A DNA stretch of 64,000 nucleotides. It comes from Heteronotia binoei. Lineage: Eukaryota. A program made the translations under genes and the position numbers. The DNA lies in assembly GCF_032191835.1 (NCBI RefSeq), contig NC_083227.1, positions 41,230,001-41,294,000 of the forward strand. Direction: 5' to 3'. This document shows, piece after piece, positions 56,977 to 64,000 of the stretch. The notes under the pieces are model-generated. The model did no database searches. It saw nothing but the letters and a program-made list of their open reading frames with translations, and had not been told where the DNA came from. Position 1 is the stretch's first letter. Every line of letters starts with the position of its first letter.

Positions 56977-59612
56977 AAACGTAGTCTTTGTAGCAACCTC
57001 GACTTGTCATTGAACCCGCATGCTTGACATATAGTACAGTAATAGCCCACGTTACTCTTTGCACTGATATTCTTTAAATTAGATTTAGGTTTTAAATTCC
57101 ATAATTGATTGATTATGGCATCTTACATAACTTGATGTTAATCTACTTGGTAGATTTCCTATCTTTTAATTTCTTTTTTATACATAATGTGGCTGTTATG
57201 TTCTTTGTCCAATATGGTTTACATCTTGCTTATACATACTTCCTACTTAGCTATAGTCAATATTATTTACTGCACTGCAATGTTATTTACAATGTTATTT
57301 ACATCCTTGTTCCTTTGCAATCTTGTTTGTTTTTTGTATTGGAAAACTCCAACAAAATGTTAATTACCAAGATTGTTTTGATAGAGGGATTTGTGGGAAT
57401 GTGCAGTTACTTCACCCCCTGCTTTCCCCAAGGCTTGTTGACCATAGAAATTTATTTAAGGCTGGATTTGTTTGTTTGGTTGATGTGATTTAGCACCTGT
57501 CTTTGGCTGTCGCACCTGTAGCAATGGAATGCAGCCCTTCATGTTCCAGCCCATCAAAAGCTTCTGAAATGTGTTAGTCTTTCAAGAGCCACAAGAGTCT
57601 TTAGTTGTTGCATCTTGATTGTCAAGCAGTAGCTCTCTGTGCTGTTCAAAACGTCTTGTGCATATTAAACAAAAGGTAGTTTGGTGCTGAGGAGAGGTGG
57701 GGTCATGGTCAGTGGTAAAATATCTCCGGTACCTAGCATTACATTTTAGGGCACACAGCCTGACAAGATGACATTTATGTCAGATCTGGCCCTCGCAGCA
57801 AATAAGTTCAGCACCTCAGTTCTAAGAGACAAGTCTCCATTGTGCTGCAAATGCACAATGTGGCTCTGATACCCCAGTGACAGCACAGTTCGCACACGCT
57901 TCCTCTCGCTAAACTGATGGCTTCTAGTCGCTATTCTCAAATGTGGAAAACTGTAGCATTAACTGATCTGCTTTGACTGCAGCTCTGTCATTAACACACC
58001 ATCTGCCCTCTCACTGGAAAATGGGAGCAGAGATTATTTTGCGCAGCATCAAGCAAGCGGGACCCAATTTTGGTTAGAGCTACAGCACTGGGGGCTTTAG
58101 GCCTCCTCCTACTAGCTTTCTGATATAGGCCCACCATATGAGTCTTTTGGTCCAGAGATCTTTACCTACAGCTACCAGGAACAGAATCCTGAGCCTTCTA
58201 TATTGCTGTCTTGATTTTTGTTAGTTTTGGCAACAGACTTATTTTTTCCCAAATAAGAGAAGACAAATCTGCTTTTTACTAGTTTATTTTGCAAACATTT
58301 GCCCCAACTTCTATCATTTTTTACACATTTCTCATGAGAGAAAAAACACATTATACATATATATTTCAACTATCTATAAAATAGAGGTTTTTTTCACAGC
58401 ACATCAGTCAGCCCCAACGAGGAAGTCAAAAGAACCCAAGTCCAGTTTTGGCACTACAAACTCCCCCCCCCCAAAAAAAGAAAAAAAGAAACACAAATTC
58501 TGTTTTCATAAGCGTGGGCCAAGATTTAAACCTTCACTTATGCATGTATTTTACATGTATTTCCTAAAAGTTTTACAGTTTGGCAAGATGTTAGTATGGC
58601 ATTGGATCCAGCCAACTTTTTCGCTCAATCACACAATTTTGCTTCTTGCTATAGCTGCCATCCCACATGCCTTTGGTTCGGGCAGATCCCATGATCCTGA
58701 GGGTTGCCAACTTCCAGATGAAGGCTGGAGATCTCCTGAATTGCAGTTGATCTCCAGGTAGCAGATCAGTTCACCTGGAGAAGGCAGATGTTTTGGTACA
58801 TGCACTATATGGCATGATACTCCATTGAAGTCCCTCCCCTCCTCAGGCTCCTCCTCCACCCCAATCTCCAGGTATTTCTCAGCCCAGAGTTGGCAACCCG
58901 ACATAGTCCCAAGCACAGCCTTGTTCATAATCAAAGGAGATTGCCTCCTACCCTTTTCACCAGTGGAGAAAATGGTTGGATCCAACCCTATGACAATCTG
59001 CAGAATGAACCCCTCTGCATGGAGCACCTTCCCCATGAAAAATAAGCTAAAAACATAGGGCAGCAGCATTTTTCTCCCAATCCCAAATTCTGCTTCCACC
59101 AAACAGTTAAGAATATGCTGCACAAATGGACCAAGTTGCACAAATGTGCTTCACTTTCTGCAGCACTGTGTTCGTGGGCACAGAACTTTTTCTCAGAAAC
59201 TGGGAGTACAGAAAAAGGATAGATGAAGTGGGGGCCTGGAGTTTCCATTAGAAAGGTAGACTGTGAGGTAAGTAAACAAATAAGTAACTGTTCTAAACCT
59301 GGAAGCTCCATGCATTAATCCACCAACATGCTTACAGCCATAGACATGTCTGAGAGTAACAGTCACACAGCGGTACTTACCTAGGCAAAGCCTTGCAGCA
59401 GACAAAAGCTTTATGTTAATTGTTTCTGCCAAGAAAGGCTTGAATGCCTCAGTCCTCCTATCTTTCTCCCCAGCATCTGGTATTCAGAGATACAGTACCT
59501 TTGGACACAGAAGTTCTTTTTAACTACCACAGCTAATAATTTGTTTGTAGATTTATTTAAAAGCATGTGCCATGGAGAGCAGCCTGATTTACTCCAGGGT
59601 AAGTGTATGGGG

Positions 59613-59871
59613 CAGGGGTGCCCAAACTCGCTTAACATAAGAGCCACATAGAATGAATGTCAGATGTTGAGAGCAGGCAGGCAGGCAAATGGAAAGGGAG
59701 AAGTGGTGGAAAGAAAGCAACTTTAAATGCATTCTCCAAGTTGCCAGCTGGCTTGGCTTGGAGAAATAATTTAAAGAGAGAAATGCTTTCTCCAAGCCGG
59801 CAGTGGGGGCTTCAAGAGCCATGTGTGAAGGAGCCACATGTAGTTCCCAAGCCATAGTTTGGCCACCCCTG
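59613..59871. mobile_element. hAT (Charlie-like) MITE
   Basis: TIRs caggggtgcccaaact / agtttggccacccctg; 8-bp TSD gtatgggg / gtataggg (7/8). Confidence 0.75.
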
Positions 59872-62835
59872 GTATAGGGGGTAGCTGCTTAAGGCTGCCA
59901 TCCTAGGCACACACTTACCTGGGAGTAAATCCACTTTAACTTGATGGAATTTACTTCTGAGCAGACATTCTTAGGATTGCCTATGGGTTGAATTCCACAG
60001 AAGAATTCTGTGTTCACAGCACTCCTTGCACAATGGAAGGGCTAAACTTGCTCCATGATGTCCACTTGTATTTAGCAAAAATGTTCACATCCTGTCTTTT
60101 CCACATGTGCTGCAAGACACAGCACCAGGTATATATCTTCTGATACCATTTCAAAAGCAAAATAAATAAAATAATGTGAACTGCCTGTTGTGCATTCTGT
60201 TGCTCCATTATTTTGTTAAAAATTATATGAAGTGCCATGCATTGCTGTCTTTCACCAGTGGACTTGGGCTCAGTGCATTTTCCTTCCTGCTCACGCATCA
60301 CTGGATCAAACCATGTATCTCTGAAGAGCGGGAGAAAAATCTAGAGAGGAAAAGATGACTTACAACCCTGTGATATATGAATCTACCCAGAGAAAATGGT
60401 GCTCAGATACACTTTGCTTGCTGCTGTCACTCATTTTCACCCCAGACCACATGACAGGAATATCTGAAAACAAAAGGAATTTGGGGAGTGGGTCATACAT
60501 CAAGCTCCTTCCAGGAAGTCTTTCAGAAACGGAAAGTTAAAAGGGGCAAACAGGTTAGGCCTCACAGCTGTATCTTAACAGCACTTTCCAGTTTTGGGCC
60601 ACAGCCAGGGCCGGCCCTAGACTATCTGGTACCCTAGGCCAGGCTAACTTCGGACACTCCTCCCCCCACACTGATAACAGATTTTCAAAAACAGATGAAT
60701 TGTAGCACCCAATTTGGTGCCACCAGAAGGCCAGCCCCCTGGACAATTGCCTAGTTTGCCTAGCGGCAGCCGGGTCAACCCTGGCCACAGCTTCATTCTT
60801 GCCCACTCCTTACTGCTTGGACAATGAAATGTCCCATTACGATGACCAAAGCACCCAACTGAGTTTTGTGTGAAACATCACACCAGTTGCTAAGGGTGCA
60901 GGGGTAACCTAAGTGGGCTCACAGTCTTTAAAAATGATATACATTTCCTAGCAACAGGAAAGAAGGAGAAGAGGGCATGGTTGAGGGGTCTCCAATTTTT
61001 TTGAGCCTGTGGGCACCTTACCTTCAGTCATGCAGAGAAGAGCCTTGCGTTGTAGTGGCAGCAGCTGCAGAACCAGCAACATTTTTTAAAAAAAATCAAC
61101 ACAGCCAATCAAATCTTCAGTGACTAATCTGAAGCCTTGCTGAGCTAAAGCCCCACCTGACCCACCTCACCTTCTAAAAACACTTGGGGGCACCAGGAAG
61201 CAGTGGTGATGCCCACATTCACCATGTTGGGGATTACTGATATAGTCCAAGGTATTCTGTATTACAGAATGTCACCTGAAGGTGTGGTATTGGCTGAAGG
61301 ATTCAGCTTCCTGAGAATCACATCTTTCACTGGAAAAACAAAAACAAATCCAACCTTTCTGCATCCAGGAGGACTACATATCATTTTTTAGGCTACAGTG
61401 TTTGTGGACAATACCTGATGAATCTCAGAAACAAAAGGAGTGATGGCAATTGCTCCAGTGCCCAGCATAACTGCTTTCCTGTCTCCAGGGCTCAAAAGCA
61501 ACAAGAGAAGCTAAGGGTATGCACTTTACATGCAGAAGGTCCCTAGTTCAAATGTGGCCATCTCCAATCAGGATAGCCAAATGTTAGCAAAGACCCTTTT
61601 ATGTTTGAAAGCCACAACAAGCACATGGCGCAGACAGCACTGAACGATCGAGGCCAGTGGTCTCTTTGCAAAGTGGCTTCATTCCTCAGCTCTTGACCAA
61701 GATGATTTCTGACAGCAGGCTGGAAAGAAGGTTTGTGTCTGTGACCCTGGAGAGCAGCTGAAACCTTTCCCTAGCTAGGGTTTCCTTCATGTCATCAAGG
61801 AATTCAATAGGATGTGAACCCCTTGTTGATCAGTAATGGAACATGAATGTCTCCCACCTAAGACACCTGACTGTTATTTGCATGATCCTGTTTTCCAAAA
61901 TGAAAGAGAGGGGAGAGAATGATAGGAAAACTAGGTTGAGCTCTCAAGCTTATGAAGATGTTTTGATCTAGATGGGGTTTTCTTCTTTACATGCACTGAA
62001 AGATACGTTGTGTTGTGTGGCTGGCAGACCAGCAGTTACTAAAACACCCACACAAACCACCAAGAGAGACATGGATCATGGACCACCAAGAGAGACATGG
62101 ATCAGAAGCCACTCTCAAAGGGCTTGTTTGCTAACAGGGCATTAAATTATCACAAAGTCCTTTAAAAAATATCTTCTACAGGGGCTAAACCCTACTTTAA
62201 GACAAAAACCCAATGTAAAAACAGAATTAGGCAATTAGACCTATTAAGTAAGTAAGCAAAACCTGTCTTCTCATCTGGACAGGACTACTGCATCCTGGAT
62301 TTTCAACCTGTATTGCAGGGAACCTGCCCAAATCTTTTCAGTGTTTCAGTTGGGGTTTCCTTAAAAGCATTTTAAAAGGAAAACCAGGGTGAAGGTGGAT
62401 GTTACCTTCCAAGAAGAATGAATTTTCCAGCTGTGGGACAACACCCCCCCCCCACAAGAGTTATGTACTGTGAACCCTTGCTGGACCTGCATATTGTGTC
62501 TAAAGAGAAGTCTGGGAGCCAAGTGCCACAACTCCTATTGGACTACCTAGTCATTCTGTAACCAGGGATGCCTGAGGCCCAGACTGTCTTTGGTTGCTAA
62601 AACAAAATGAGAAAGGAGCTGTGCTCAGGAAATGTAGTTAGAAGGGTGTTGCCTCAAGGATTTTCGTTTCAGCCCCCTAAGGTTTCAGTGGTGGTGCTCT
62701 GTAATCTAAGTTGCAATCCTCTGTCAGCCACAAAGTTTCAATGTCTTACTGGAGACACTTCTAGAGTTCTTTTGTTGCTAGCAGGATTAGTCAGGATTTC
62801 TCTCTGCCACTGCACTTCTTGTTTTGTCAGCTCCT

Positions 62836-63139
62836 TCAGTTCATAGCGACCATGGCAGCAAGGACAGACTCCTCTCTGCACTTTTCTGTGTTACTGGGAT
62901 GGCTTTGAGGCTCCATTGCTATTGGGAGACACAGGGTTGGGGGCTCCTGCACCAGCTGGGGAGGCCCAGCGGCTGCTTCAGGGTGGCTCTTGCTCTTGTG
63001 AGCAGTGACATTGTCTTTCTTCTCAAACTTCTTGCCACAGAGGTCGCAGGAAAACTGGTAGAAGGAGTCCGCATCGTGTTTCTTCATGTGCCAGTTCAAA
63101 GAGGCCTTCTGGCGGCAGGTGAACCCACAGATTTCACAC
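62836..63139 (-). CDS. Last coding exon of a ZFP91/ZNF692-family C2H2 zinc-finger gene (upstream exons outside the window)
   Basis: Acceptor ctttacacag (AG at 63141-63140); CEICGFTCRQKASLNWHMKKHDADSFYQFSCDLCGKKFEKKDNVTAHKSKSHPE. Fingers are ZFP91-like but the tail is short as in ZNF692, so the paralogue is unresolved. Confidence 0.85.
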
Positions 63140-64000
63140 CTGTGTAAAGAAGAGGGATGGAGGACAGAATCACACACAAGCATGGCCATGGTAAAGGAGA
63201 CCAATGGTTCATTTGGATCAGTACTGTCTCTCTGTCAGTGTCCAATCAGAGGGCACCCAAAAGTTCCCAAATAAGATGCAACGGCTCTCACTATTTTCTC
63301 CAGTTTGTCTTCAGCATCTCAGGGGATAACCTCCTCTTTGAACATGGAGGGTGTGATTTGAGTTACCTTTCTCCACAGTATATGATCTAACATTTTTAAA
63401 AAGTTTTTTTAAAAAAAAAATTCATGGCAACTGCAACTCCCTGGGATGATTCATCCTATATGTTAGCTGTGGATTTATCTATATCCCACTTTTCAGCCAA
63501 TTGTTTCCCAAAGTGGTTCAAATCACAAAGAGAGGCACCCTCTGCTCAGGAGCTTAAAAAGCCAAGGCAATCAAAGGGGAGAGGTGGGGAAGGAAGGGAA
63601 GGTCTAACTATATGCTGTGCTGTTCTTGGCCTCTCCCCCATACCCAGCCTGCCTATTTCAGTTCACAGGTTGGGATTGGGCCACTTAAGCCTCAACACCC
63701 CACTCTTTTCCCAACCCGAAATGGCCTTGGAGAGCTACTATTTGTCCCACTGAGGAAATTTATGTGTAGCCCATCACTATCCACATACACTAATGCCTCT
63801 TGGAGAACAAAGTGGCTCTCCAGAGCCCTTGCGGGTTGAGAAAACGGGATTGGGGGAAACGCTTAATTCTCTTTCCCCTGCCATGGCACGGTCCCAATCC
63901 AACGAACTCCCATATGCCTGAAAATTAAGTTCTGAGCCCAGAACTTCCAGCAGCACATGTCTCATCAACAGGACTAAGGCAGACCAGGGCGGGGGAGAGG

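Larger units (their letters stand above)
50616..57029 (+). mobile_element. Decayed Ty3/Gypsy chromovirus (Tf1/sushi-like) with a Penelope insertion in its 3' LTR
   Basis: TSD TATAG (50611-50615, 57030-57034); 11-bp terminal inverted repeat tgtcaagcatg / catgcttgaca; shared LTR segments 50616-50983 and 55957-56327 (12 substitutions, 2 indels by hand); PPT aaggggggcagta before 55957. Confidence 0.93.

Noticed and set aside
1-64000. CRISPR arrays, rRNA, operons or other prokaryotic systems
   Set aside because: No regularly spaced repeat-spacer arrays or rRNA motifs; spliceosomal introns, SINEs and KRAB show vertebrate DNA.

Overview
Vertebrate genomic DNA, most likely from a squamate reptile and probably a gecko, judged from its SINE, MITE and LINE families (inference). 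No prokaryotic features, rRNA or CRISPR. Host genes: the last two coding exons of a CD59-like Ly6/uPAR gene (+), single-exon CHST14 (+), the last exon of a ZFP91/ZNF692-family C2H2 gene (-), and an intact three-coding-exon gene (-, 966 aa predicted) with an architecture I do not recognise: FLYWCH - SCAN - KRAB-A - long acidic tail with two LINE-1-ORF1-like coiled-coil repeats and no C2H2 zinc fingers. Mobile DNA: an apparently intact Copia element (identical 530-bp LTRs, TSD, one 1299-aa ORF, half-tRNA-iMet primer site); a decayed chromodomain Gypsy element with a Tf1-type self-priming signature, whose 3' LTR holds a Penelope fragment with a hammerhead ribozyme; Penelope-derived inverted elements with back-to-back hammerheads; L1, L2 and CR1 fragments; SINEs; hAT MITEs. 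A 4.6-kb tandem duplication contains a tRNA-Asn/tRNA-Ser pair only 22 nt apart with one shared terminator, within a decaying tRNA array. There is also an ~810-bp near-perfect palindrome behind CHST14 and an orphan CpG-rich promoter. All comparisons were made by eye; identities are hand estimates.
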